Below, piece after piece: positions 9,553 through 18,868 of a DNA stretch of 64,000 nucleotides. The position numbers and the translations under genes are program-made. The stretch comes from Candidatus Parcubacteria bacterium (GTDB taxonomy: Bacteria; Patescibacteriota; Patescibacteriia; UBA1558; GWA2-36-10): assembly GCA_018664825.1 (NCBI GenBank), contig JABJNO010000006.1, forward strand, positions 15,157 through 79,156. The letters run 5' to 3'. The notes beneath the pieces were generated by a model. The model was given only the letters and a program-made list of their open reading frames with translations. It was not told where the DNA came from and made no database searches. The stretch's first letter is position 1. Each line of letters starts with the position of its first letter.

Positions 9553-9681
9553 TTATTTTGTCTTCCCAAATAATTTTAAAAGTATTTCTTCTGGACCAAG
9601 ATCATACCCAGAAAGTAGGCCCATTGATAGTAACAACAAAAATATTAAAATCAAAATAAGTATTATAATTAATATTTTCAT
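9553..9681 (-). CDS. Small membrane protein, 42 aa (not in ORF track)
   Basis: MKILIIILILILIFLLLLSMGLLSGYDLGPEEILLKLFGKTK; stop lies 4 nt before next start. Confidence 0.5.
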   Translation of the reverse strand: MKILIIILILILIFLLLLSMGLLSGYDLGPEEILLKLFGKTK

Positions 9682-9737
9682 AATCTAAATTTAATAAAAA
9701 TAATTAGAACATCTACCAGGTTCTATAAATTATTTTT

Positions 9738-10142
9738 CTATGATTCCAAAATTCCTAACAGGTCCCTAGCCAACTCCGGAGCATCCGTAGGCCTTGCCTC
9801 TTTTTCTACCATACGCAAATCCTGTGGTACGTCCCTATACTGTTCTTTGAGTGATTGGATGACATATCTAAGTTCCGTTGTTTTGGCTTTCCATTCAGCT
9901 TGAACGGCCTCATCTGCATCTACGCCGTGAAAAGCTGATTCGGCATTATGCAAAAAATCCCACATTTCTTCTGGGGTAGCATGGCCTTTTTCTACACCAT
10001 CTATTATTTTTTGCAGCTCAAATTTTACGACTTCTTCTTTTTTAATTTCAGCCCTTTCAACCACTGGTTTTTCTGTGGTATTTGGCTGTTTTTCTTCTTT
10101 ATTTTCTGGTTGTGAAGATGTTTCTGGATCAAATCCTGGCAT
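9738..10142 (-). CDS. Hypothetical acidic protein
   Basis: ORF from MPGFDPE; extended -10 TGGTATAAT upstream. Confidence 0.65.
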   Translation of the reverse strand: MPGFDPETSSQPENKEEKQPNTTEKPVVERAEIKKEEVVKFELQKIIDGVEKGHATPEEMWDFLHNAESAFHGVDADEAVQAEWKAKTTELRYVIQSLKEQYRDVPQDLRMVEKEARPTDAPELARDLLGILES

Positions 10143-10276
10143 AATTTTATTATTAAATAATCTTATTTTCATTATACCAAAAAACCGCCTTTAGGGCGAT
10201 TTCTTTGGGCGGGGCACTTTCAGAACTTTTTGTTATGAAAATCCTGACTTTGATATTCTTAAACTATGATTTGTAA

Positions 10277-11785
10277 CTATTTTTTATCTTGAACTATCTT
10301 TTCTAAAGCTTTTTTAAATAAGCCCTCCCATTTTTCCATCGGCTGACTTATAATCATAGGCTTCAACATTTTACGTAATTCATCACTGTGTTCGCCAGCT
10401 TCTTGGTCAATTTTTCTAAAAAATTCCAAACCATCTTCTGTGCTTTGTGAACAATTTTCTTCAAAATGATCCAGAGCCTCTTCAGCCTTTGCTAAACTCC
10501 TGCCAATTGCATCCTCATCTTTTTTACCACGAGGAGTTCCTTTTGTCTCAATACGAAGTTGTCTAAAACTAAGAGTAAGTCTTCTATGCTCAGGATTCTC
10601 CACGCCAAGTTCCTCTAATAAATCATTTGGATAATATTTTAATAACATTTTTTCAAAAGTCAAACGAATATTTCCTACGGCAGCTTTTAACTTTGTTACA
10701 TAAATTGGAATTATATCATTAATATCTTCATTGGATGTTCCTGAAAAATAATAAGCTAATAACTCTTCTTTAACAGTTGCCTCTATAGATGTTTTTTGAA
10801 AATAAGCTACTATTTCTTCTAGCTTGGCCGCAATTTCTTCTAATGATTTTTCAAACGCTTGTTTTAACTTTTCTCTTTGCTCAGCTTTTAGATGTTGGGC
10901 AAATATTTCTTGTATCTCGTCTGGCAAAAGTACCCCCTTACTTTCTTTTGCCTTGGTTATTTCTTGTTGAACTTCTAGAGTTTCTATTTCTAATGTTTGA
11001 ATCATTATCTCCAAGCCATCCACGGACTCCGAAATAACTTTTTGCGGCCCCTCCATTTGTCTACGAGGCCTTAAATACAAACTATTTTCAGCGTGTTGCT
11101 TTTCATGCTCAACTATTTTATCAATATCAGATTCTGTATCCCCTTCTTCAAAGCCGCTTTTGTTTATCAAAATAACCATTTCGCTCACAGAACCAACTTC
11201 TTCTAGATCTAAATCAGGATCGGCAAAAAAAGCACCCAAGGGCAAACCCATGTCACTTGATGAAGGTAATTCTTCGAGAGACATTTCGGATTCTTCAAAA
11301 TCTGCATAAACATCGCCCTCTTTGTGGATGCCCTGAGCTACATCAAGATGATGGTCACACATAAATATTAGACTGTCTTTATCTGGGATTAATGTAATAT
11401 CTCCAAATGTGCCAGAAGAAGAAAATATTTCTTTAAACATAGCTTCTTCATATTCTTCTTCACCAAAACGCTCTTTGTAAACATCAATAGCTCTGGCAAT
11501 TGTTTCACGTTTATTAAAAAGAGTCTCAATCCCTTTTAAAAAATATTCGTGTTGTCTTTTTGTAAATTCATGATTTTCCAAAACAGCTATAACCTCTTGA
11601 CGACTAGCTTCGGGGTTTTCTTGCATAAAATTTTGTACATCACGTACAGCCTCACTAAAATCTGCCAATTGTTCAAAAACCTGCTCTTCTAGTGGAAGAT
11701 TATCTTTGTCTTTTATTTTTTGTTCTGATTCTGCCGTGTCTTCCGTTTCAGAGACCTGATTTCCTTGTTCTAATAATTTTTTCAT
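10277..11785 (-). CDS. Acidic helical protein with HExxH motif (possible zincin)
   Basis: 502 aa ORF; IVEHEKQHAEN and downstream KEELLAY. Confidence 0.6.
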   Translation of the reverse strand: MKKLLEQGNQVSETEDTAESEQKIKDKDNLPLEEQVFEQLADFSEAVRDVQNFMQENPEASRQEVIAVLENHEFTKRQHEYFLKGIETLFNKRETIARAIDVYKERFGEEEYEEAMFKEIFSSSGTFGDITLIPDKDSLIFMCDHHLDVAQGIHKEGDVYADFEESEMSLEELPSSSDMGLPLGAFFADPDLDLEEVGSVSEMVILINKSGFEEGDTESDIDKIVEHEKQHAENSLYLRPRRQMEGPQKVISESVDGLEIMIQTLEIETLEVQQEITKAKESKGVLLPDEIQEIFAQHLKAEQREKLKQAFEKSLEEIAAKLEEIVAYFQKTSIEATVKEELLAYYFSGTSNEDINDIIPIYVTKLKAAVGNIRLTFEKMLLKYYPNDLLEELGVENPEHRRLTLSFRQLRIETKGTPRGKKDEDAIGRSLAKAEEALDHFEENCSQSTEDGLEFFRKIDQEAGEHSDELRKMLKPMIISQPMEKWEGLFKKALEKIVQDKK

Positions 11786-11872
11786 GAAAATTGTATTATT
11801 AATATAATTTGATTATATCAAAAAACCCCGCCAGAAGCGAGGTCAGAACTTTTTGTTATGAAAACCCTGTTT

Positions 11873-12046
11873 TTAATTTTTCTTACTTGCTATAAATGCT
11901 TCTACCATTAAACCTAGACCTAAACCAATCATAATAGGGCCAATGAAAAATAAAGGACTAAGATGCAAAAATAAAAAACCTACCCCGACACCCATAAGAA
12001 CACCTCCGCCAATAGCTAAACCACCTTGATTTTTTTTGTCTGACAT
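11873..12046 (-). CDS. Small Gly-rich membrane protein
   Basis: MSDKKNQGGLAIGGGVLMGVGVGF.. two TM helices. Confidence 0.65.
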   Translation of the reverse strand: MSDKKNQGGLAIGGGVLMGVGVGFLFLHLSPLFFIGPIMIGLGLGLMVEAFIASKKN

Positions 12047-12122
12047 AATTTTAAAATTAAAAATAAACAACATCTTCATTATACCACAAAACAAAAAACG
12101 AGCTAAGGTTAGCTCACTTTTT

Positions 12123-12247
12123 GACCCCTCGACTCGTTACACTCGCTCAGGACAAGTTGGGTCTCTATCGTAGACCCTGAGCGATTAAAAGGAGTCGAAT
12201 GGGTCGTAGACCCTGAGCGAAGCCGAAGGGTGGGGTCCTTACGGACC
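12123..12247. repeat. Cluster of REP-like palindromes
   Basis: One inverted unit (cctcgactc..cgctcagg) and two direct gtagaccctgagcga..cgaa.ggg units. Confidence 0.7.
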
Positions 12248-12266
12248 TTAGTTATAACTTAATTAT

Positions 12267-13802
12267 TTATGGACAAAATGTATCACTTACTTGGAAACTA
12301 GTTTCTTTTGGTTGATAATCACTATTTACGCACCAGTACTTATCTTCGGCCAATTTAACAGAGGCAGCCCAAGCCTCAAATTCAGAAACACAAGAAAAAT
12401 TTATTACCCCTAAATCACTCTCTATGATATTAACTTCTGAACTCACACAAAAATCTAAATAAGTTAAATTATCATCATAATAGATTGTACTCAAATTTAA
12501 TAACTCACTAATCTTTGATTTTCTAGAAGCTTGTTCTTCACTAGATACTCCCCAATCATTTAATTCACCCGTGGTCAAAACACCCTCTCCTAAAGGATTA
12601 TAACCATTCTCTACCTCAGCACCATCTAAATAACCATCTCCGTCGGTATCTGGATTATTTGGATCGGTACCATGCATCGCCTCTAAAACATCATTCAAGC
12701 CATCTCCGTCGGTATCAATATTGTCTAAATCAGCATCAAAGAATACATTATCATTATTTATTAAAACAGTATCTTCGTCAATATCACTATCAATATTTTC
12801 TATGCACTCATAACTTATCACATCCATATAATAACCAAGGTAATTTTTGTCTGCATCATATTTTGGTTTTAAGCCATATAAATTACCTTCTGCACTTGCA
12901 TATTGTGGACAAAATATTTTTTCATTAGTATAAAGCACTATCTGACCATATTCAGTGTTTAAATAATGTTCTATTGGATTATCATTTATTCTCATATTAT
13001 GAGAATAATTATATTCCGGATACAAAACTTTTTCTTCAGTTAAGACGCCTTGTAATATAACAATCCCCTGACTAGCTTTACTAATCTGATTGTCAAGGCC
13101 AGTAGCCGCTGGCTCAAAAAACTTAAAAGTATCCACTATACTATGATTTTTTATTCTCTGTCTTTCTATATCTTCATTTTTATCTAATAGAAATAAAATA
13201 CTAACCACATGATCATTTTTTATAAACATAAAATGCTCTTTCATGCCACGATATAATACTCTATCCTCTGGATAATCCATAATAAAATTATAAACATACA
13301 TATCGTTTATTATTATAACCTTCCCTTCAACAAATTCTTCTGATAATTCAAACTGTTGCACTAGTAACTCATAACTTTCTGGGTCTGAAAAATCAACAAT
13401 AATGTCAGAACCTCCCATGGTCATAAAAAATGACTTATCGTCTTCAGACTTCCAACCATCATGATCGCCAATTTTAATAATCTTTAAATCCTCAGGGAAA
13501 GACATATTAAAGGCCCAATAAGTATCTTCTATTTCATGCCATCCTAATTTATCTATTTTATCTTTTTCCTCATTTAAAACTATTTCATTTTTTTGATCTA
13601 CTTCTTCTGCTTCTATGACTACTGTTTTATTAGCTTGTAACCACCAAAAAATCCCTCCCCCAACTAACACTAAAAATATAACAACCACCCCAATTATCAA
13701 TGGCCAATTATTTTTCTTTTGCACTACCCCCTCTTGAGGTACAGGTTTATACTCTTGTTGAATTTGAGGTTCTTGTTCAAGATTTTGATTTTGCTCTTCC
13801 AT
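12267..13802 (-). CDS. Membrane-anchored surface protein with thrombospondin-3-like Ca-binding repeats
   Basis: N-terminal TM; DTDGDGLND..GTDPNNPDTDGDGYLDGAEVENGYNPLG; pilin-like Cys C-terminus. Confidence 0.65.
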   Translation of the reverse strand: MEEQNQNLEQEPQIQQEYKPVPQEGVVQKKNNWPLIIGVVVIFLVLVGGGIFWWLQANKTVVIEAEEVDQKNEIVLNEEKDKIDKLGWHEIEDTYWAFNMSFPEDLKIIKIGDHDGWKSEDDKSFFMTMGGSDIIVDFSDPESYELLVQQFELSEEFVEGKVIIINDMYVYNFIMDYPEDRVLYRGMKEHFMFIKNDHVVSILFLLDKNEDIERQRIKNHSIVDTFKFFEPAATGLDNQISKASQGIVILQGVLTEEKVLYPEYNYSHNMRINDNPIEHYLNTEYGQIVLYTNEKIFCPQYASAEGNLYGLKPKYDADKNYLGYYMDVISYECIENIDSDIDEDTVLINNDNVFFDADLDNIDTDGDGLNDVLEAMHGTDPNNPDTDGDGYLDGAEVENGYNPLGEGVLTTGELNDWGVSSEEQASRKSKISELLNLSTIYYDDNLTYLDFCVSSEVNIIESDLGVINFSCVSEFEAWAASVKLAEDKYWCVNSDYQPKETSFQVSDTFCP

Positions 13803-13863
13803 AATTTTATTTTAATATATTTAGTATATCAAAAAACCACTTGTTTATAAAGTGATTCTTTGA

Positions 13864-13940
13864 TGGGGTGATAGATGGGGCTTGAACCCACGACCGCCGG
13901 AACCACAATCCGGTGCTCTACCAACTGAGCTACTACCACC
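13864..13940 (-). tRNA. tRNA-His (GTG)
   Basis: Cloverleaf with G-1, anticodon arm ccgga-ttGTGgt-tccgg, GGTTCAA T-loop, encoded CCA. Confidence 0.96.
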
Positions 13941-13976
13941 ACGTAAATAAATTTTGAAACAATGAAAACAATAAAA

Positions 13977-14051
13977 TGGTACCCCGGCCAGGGATCGAAC
14001 CTGAATCTAAAGCTTAGAAGGCTTTTGTTCTATCCATTGAACTACCGGGGC
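13977..14051 (-). tRNA. tRNA-Arg (TCT)
   Basis: Cloverleaf, anticodon arm aaagc-ctTCTaa-gcttt, GGTTCGA, CCA. Confidence 0.95.
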
Positions 14052-14104
14052 TTATATAAAAACACAGACAACTATACCAAAAAATAAGGGCTCCGTCAAG
14101 ACTT

Positions 14105-15853
14105 TTACTCCTCTAGAGAAGCTTGTTGGCGCCACAAAGCAGCATAAAGCCCAGCTTTTGTGACCAACTCACCATGCTTACCTTTTTCTATTATCCTACC
14201 TTTTTCCAATACATATATCTTCTCAGCATGAGCAATAGTAGATAGACGATGAGCTACCAATATAGTAATCAAGTCAGGGCGTGTTTTTTCTATTTCCAAA
14301 ATAGTCTTGGTAATTTCTTGTTCAGTAAGAGAATCCAGAGAAGAAGTAGCTTCATCAAAAATAATAATATTTGGATTGCGAAGCAATGCTCTGGCAATAG
14401 CCAGTCTTTGTCTTTCGCCGCCAGATAGCTTCATACCGCCTTCACCTATTTTTGTATCTAGACCTTTTTCTCCTCTATCAAGTATGTTGGCAACTGCCGC
14501 TGACCCCAAGGCTTCCATACAATCCTTGTCGCTTGCTTTTGGACTGACAAACAAAAGATTTTCTCTAATAGTTCCTGAAAATAGCTGAGTCTCTTGAGAT
14601 ACTAGGCCTATTCTTTTTCTAAATTTTTCAAAATCAATCTTGGTAAAATCAGTCTCGTTGTTTATGAGCATTTTTCCATTGGTCGGTTTGTACAAACCTA
14701 CCAAAAGTTTTATCAATGTAGTTTTACCAGATCCAGATGGCCCAACAAAGGCCACGGTCTCTCCTGCCTTGATATTTATATTTATATTTTCAACAGCTGA
14801 CTTGGTGTTGCTATCATAATTGAAATCTACATCCTTAAAATTCAAAGATTTTATAGAATCCACTTTTGTTGGATTGGCTGGTTTTGACTCTGGTGGCATA
14901 TTGAGCACTTCCTCTAGGGCTGAGTTGCTAGCCTTGGCTTGTTGATACTGTTCGGCTACTCTACTCAGCTCGGCCAGTGGACTAAACAAGAAAAAACTAT
15001 AAAACAACAATGTAAAAAACTCACCCAAAGAAATATTACCCTCAAACATCAGCCACAACATAGCAAACATAATCAAGGCTCGTAATCCATTGAGCAATGT
15101 ACCTTGGATAAAGCTCATTGTTCTGACTAGTTTTACTCTTTGCAACTCTAGTTTCAATATATTGTCATTTACTTTGTTGAGACGATTTATTTCTTGCACT
15201 TCTAGGCCTAGACTTTTTACCAATTCTACATTACGTAAAGTCTCGGTAGTATATCCAGCTAGTGATGCCTGCTCTTTGACTACTTTTGCTTGGACTCTTC
15301 TGATTCTCTTACTGATGAGAAAAATAGTAGTCCCCAAAAGAGGTACGATAAGAAATATAATAGCACCTATCATCCAGTGCACCCAAAAAGCATAAAGCAA
15401 TACAAAGGTAATGCCTAGAATATATACAAAGAGTAAATTTATCAAACTAGTAATCAAAGCTTGGATATCATCTCTGGCTTTTTGCATCTTACGCAAGACT
15501 TCTCCTGAGCTCTGGTCTTCAAAAACTCGATAAGGCAAAGAAAGTGAGTGTTTGACGCTCTTTGCATAAAGACGAGTCCCAAGACGATGAGTAATTACAT
15601 TGACATAATAGTCTTGAAAATTTTTGGCTATCCGAGACACTAGGGCTACACCCACAAATCCCACCATCAATAATCCTACTCCCTGAAAAAAAGTATCCCT
15701 ATCCATCTCGGTGACTTTTGATGCATAATTGTCTATCAACATCCGGAAAATCTGAGGATCAAGTAGAGAAAATATCTGATTTATGGCAGCCAAGACCAGT
15801 GTACCCGCCAAAAGCTTTTTATAATCTTTTAAATATGTAAATAAAAATTTCAT
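14105..15853 (-). CDS. ABC exporter, fused permease/ATP-binding subunit (MsbA-like)
   Basis: N-terminal TMD; GPSGSGKT, LSGGERQR, IIIFDEATSSLD, VAHRLST. Confidence 0.95.
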   Translation of the reverse strand: MKFLFTYLKDYKKLLAGTLVLAAINQIFSLLDPQIFRMLIDNYASKVTEMDRDTFFQGVGLLMVGFVGVALVSRIAKNFQDYYVNVITHRLGTRLYAKSVKHSLSLPYRVFEDQSSGEVLRKMQKARDDIQALITSLINLLFVYILGITFVLLYAFWVHWMIGAIIFLIVPLLGTTIFLISKRIRRVQAKVVKEQASLAGYTTETLRNVELVKSLGLEVQEINRLNKVNDNILKLELQRVKLVRTMSFIQGTLLNGLRALIMFAMLWLMFEGNISLGEFFTLLFYSFFLFSPLAELSRVAEQYQQAKASNSALEEVLNMPPESKPANPTKVDSIKSLNFKDVDFNYDSNTKSAVENININIKAGETVAFVGPSGSGKTTLIKLLVGLYKPTNGKMLINNETDFTKIDFEKFRKRIGLVSQETQLFSGTIRENLLFVSPKASDKDCMEALGSAAVANILDRGEKGLDTKIGEGGMKLSGGERQRLAIARALLRNPNIIIFDEATSSLDSLTEQEITKTILEIEKTRPDLITILVAHRLSTIAHAEKIYVLEKGRIIEKGKHGELVTKAGLYAALWRQQASLEE

Positions 15854-15922
15854 AGTTTTATATTTAGAAAAGTTATCTTACCATTATCATTAGTTTATAA
15901 CAAATCAAAAATATGGTAAAAT

Positions 15923-16315
15923 ATGAACATGAAACAAACAAAATCAGAAATGAAAATTTGGAGATTCTTGGCAAATTTTTGGGGATTGTTTACTGCTATA
16001 TTTTTTGTCCTCAATTTTCTCAAAATATTTGACCTTGACCAAGCTCTCAAAACCCTAGCTGTAATCTATATCTCTGTATTATCAATTTTTACAGGAATAA
16101 AAGAATACAATCGTTGGGTCGCCAAAAAATTTCTCTCCCGTCACAATGGTGAAATATTTATTATCCTCTGGACCACCCTAATGGTCGGCTTTATATTGTT
16201 TAATGCTTATGACCCAGATAGATACAATATCTCCGGAGAGTTTACAGCTACCTATCTTTCTATCCTTGGCGTCTTTGCTATTAGTTTAAAATCAAAAAAT
16301 TTAAAACAACGATAA
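15923..16315 (+). CDS. Hypothetical 4-TM membrane protein
   Basis: 130 aa hydrophobic ORF. Confidence 0.65.
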   Translation: MNMKQTKSEMKIWRFLANFWGLFTAIFFVLNFLKIFDLDQALKTLAVIYISVLSIFTGIKEYNRWVAKKFLSRHNGEIFIILWTTLMVGFILFNAYDPDRYNISGEFTATYLSILGVFAISLKSKNLKQR

Positions 16316-16374
16316 TATTTACCCCGTTAGAAAATTCACAAAATTATACGGGGTACAAAAGTAAAATTATTACT

Positions 16375-16845
16375 ATGAAAAATACTAAAATTTCTAATGG
16401 GGAGACAATTTACTTAGGAGCAGATCACAATGGCTTTAAGCTAAAAGAACACCTGGCCAAACACCTGGCCAAAAAAGGTCACCAGGTGATAGATATGGGC
16501 AATAAAAAACTGGACCTCAAAGATGATTATCCTGACTTTGGTAAAAAAGTAGCCAAAAAAGTATCCGCTGACAAAAAATCTTTGGGAATACTCCTTTGTG
16601 GCAGTGGCCAAGGGATGTGCATAGTAGCCAACAAGTACAAAAACGTCAGAGCAGCTCTGGGCTGGTCTACTGGTGCTGCCAAAAAATCTCGTCATGATGA
16701 TGATTCAAATATATTATGCCTACCTAGCTGGCGGATATCTGACGATCAGGCTATTCGGATTATAAACGGCTGGCTCAATACTCCTTTTTCAAAAATAGCT
16801 AGACACAAAAGAAGGATAAAAAAAATAAATGTCAAAAAAAATTAA
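16375..16845 (+). CDS. rpiB: Ribose-5-phosphate isomerase B
   Basis: GADHNG, DDYPDF, CGSGQGMCIVANK, RHDDDSNILCL, RHKRRI. Confidence 0.93.
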   Translation: MKNTKISNGETIYLGADHNGFKLKEHLAKHLAKKGHQVIDMGNKKLDLKDDYPDFGKKVAKKVSADKKSLGILLCGSGQGMCIVANKYKNVRAALGWSTGAAKKSRHDDDSNILCLPSWRISDDQAIRIINGWLNTPFSKIARHKRRIKKINVKKN

Positions 16846-17476
16846 AATAGTTCCATCTATATTGGTAAAAAATAAAGATGGTTTCAAAAGACAACTTGAT
16901 AAAATAAAAAATATATCCAAGTATATCCAAATAGATATTATGGATGGAGTTTTGGTATCTACCAAAAATAGCGTCTCCCCCAAAAGCATCTCCCCTCTGA
17001 CACGAGGCTACAAAATGGAGATCCACTTAATGGTCAAAGATGTACCGCGCTATATAGAGCAATGGAAAAAGCTCTCTAATGTCAAAAAAATAATCTGGCA
17101 CTACGAAGCAGAAAAAAACAACAAAGCAATAATCTACCTAGCCAAAAAATTGCGAAAAAATAAAATAAAGCCAGGCCTAGCGATCAATCCAAATACTTCA
17201 CTATCCAAAATAAAAGATATTATAAAATATTTTGATACTATCCAGGTGATGGGTGTCACTCCTGGTAAACAAGGACAAAAATTCCAGCCCAAGGTCCTAA
17301 AAAAAATAAAAGGCCTACACCAAAAATACCCCAAGCTAAATATAGCTATTGATGGTGGAGTAAATGAAAAAAATTTTTCTGCAATCAAAAAAGCAGGGGC
17401 AAATATCATAGGCCTCGGCTCCTACCTCCAAAAATCACCCGACCCAAAACAAAGTTTAAAAAAACTGCCTCGCTAG
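16829..17476 (+). CDS. rpe: Ribulose-phosphate 3-epimerase
   Basis: IVPSIL, QIDIMDG, EIHLMV, VMGVTPGKQGQKF, IDGGVN. Confidence 0.92.
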   Translation: MSKKIKIVPSILVKNKDGFKRQLDKIKNISKYIQIDIMDGVLVSTKNSVSPKSISPLTRGYKMEIHLMVKDVPRYIEQWKKLSNVKKIIWHYEAEKNNKAIIYLAKKLRKNKIKPGLAINPNTSLSKIKDIIKYFDTIQVMGVTPGKQGQKFQPKVLKKIKGLHQKYPKLNIAIDGGVNEKNFSAIKKAGANIIGLGSYLQKSPDPKQSLKKLPR

Positions 17477-18867
17477 GCAGTTTTCTTTATATTCTTTGTT
17501 TCTTTTATTTTATGAATTTTGGGATCATATATCGGTACAGTAAAATAAAATTGACTACCTACATGTTTGATACTATCTACAAATATTTTACCACCCATCA
17601 ATTCTACTAGTTGCTTGGTAATCCAAAGTCCCAAGCCAGTTCCGACAATTCCTCTGGTTTCGTTACTTTGAATACGATAAAATTTATCAAACAATTTTTC
17701 TCTATCCTCGGCTGACATTCCTATGCCCGTGTCTTTGATGGTGATGGTCACAAACTTATCATCTTTTTCAACGATTAATTCAACTTCTCCTTCTTTTGTA
17801 TATTTTACAGAGTTACCTATCAAATTTACCAAAATCTGACGAAGCTTGTCCTCATCTACAAATACTTTTGGCAAGTCATCGGGTATATTTGGCTTCAAGG
17901 CTAGGCCTTTTTCTTTTATTCTCAACTCAAACTCATCCACTATACTACCCAAGAGGCCGGGCAATTCAATCGGAACTCCATTTACTGCCAATCTATTTTG
18001 TTCAATTCTAGATACATTGAGTAGGTCTTCTACGAGGTTGCCCAGTCTATTGACTGAAGCTTCCATTATTTTAAACCCCTTTTGTCCACCTTCATTGAGC
18101 TCACCATAGTCACCATCCAGAGCCATAGACAAATATCCTTTTAATGTAGTGATTGGAGTCCTAAGTTCGTGGGAAGCAATAGATATAAACTCATCTTTCA
18201 TCTTATCTACTTCTTTGAGCTTTCGAAATAATATAGCATGCTCAAAAAGCCTAGTGTTGAGTGCCAAAAGTAATATAACTATCAAAACCGTAACTACCAA
18301 AAAGAAATATGATTTTGCCAGAGTTGCCTTCGTTAGATCATCCATTATCTTGAGAGACATCCGCATACTCAAAACGGCTTGTTTTTCATTTTCTGAGTTA
18401 GACAACGGCATGACCAGCTCCCAAAAACGCTCCTCTTCTGTACCTGTCTCTACTTTACCAGATACCAAAGTAGCAATTGCTTCGTTTTTGTGCCAAGAAA
18501 TTATATAATTTAGGTCATCAGAAGAACGTCCAATAGCAGTATGATCCATACTAGCAACAATTCGGAATCTTTCTCCTTCTTTTTCCAAAACCTCGAGAGT
18601 TTCCAACTCCAAGGTAGCCTTTTTTAATAAATCAATTTTATTCTGCAAATCCTGATCATTTTCAGCATTTTGATAAATAGAATAATTAAACATCTTACCA
18701 ATGTTGTATGCTTGCCGTTGCAAACTCAAGTCTGTGGTGTATTGAGAAGTTTTTACTGACCAAATCGTATTGAGGATGATAGCCAAAGGAATCAAAAGAA
18801 TCAGGATGATAGCATAGACCACCTGATAATCCCTTTTCAAAAATAAACTTGTTTTTTTGCTTGCCAT
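17473..18867 (-). CDS. Membrane sensor histidine kinase
   Basis: Two TMs; SHELRTP H-box, NLIGNSVKYT N-box, DTGIG and GTGLGL G-boxes. Confidence 0.95.
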   Translation of the reverse strand: MASKKTSLFLKRDYQVVYAIILILLIPLAIILNTIWSVKTSQYTTDLSLQRQAYNIGKMFNYSIYQNAENDQDLQNKIDLLKKATLELETLEVLEKEGERFRIVASMDHTAIGRSSDDLNYIISWHKNEAIATLVSGKVETGTEEERFWELVMPLSNSENEKQAVLSMRMSLKIMDDLTKATLAKSYFFLVVTVLIVILLLALNTRLFEHAILFRKLKEVDKMKDEFISIASHELRTPITTLKGYLSMALDGDYGELNEGGQKGFKIMEASVNRLGNLVEDLLNVSRIEQNRLAVNGVPIELPGLLGSIVDEFELRIKEKGLALKPNIPDDLPKVFVDEDKLRQILVNLIGNSVKYTKEGEVELIVEKDDKFVTITIKDTGIGMSAEDREKLFDKFYRIQSNETRGIVGTGLGLWITKQLVELMGGKIFVDSIKHVGSQFYFTVPIYDPKIHKIKETKNIKKTA

Positions 18868-18868
18868 T

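Noticed and set aside
4255-13863. Classical integron or CRISPR interpretation of the intergenic repeats
   Set aside because: No integrase, no GTTRRRY/RYYYAAC attC pairing seen, and spacing is gene-sized
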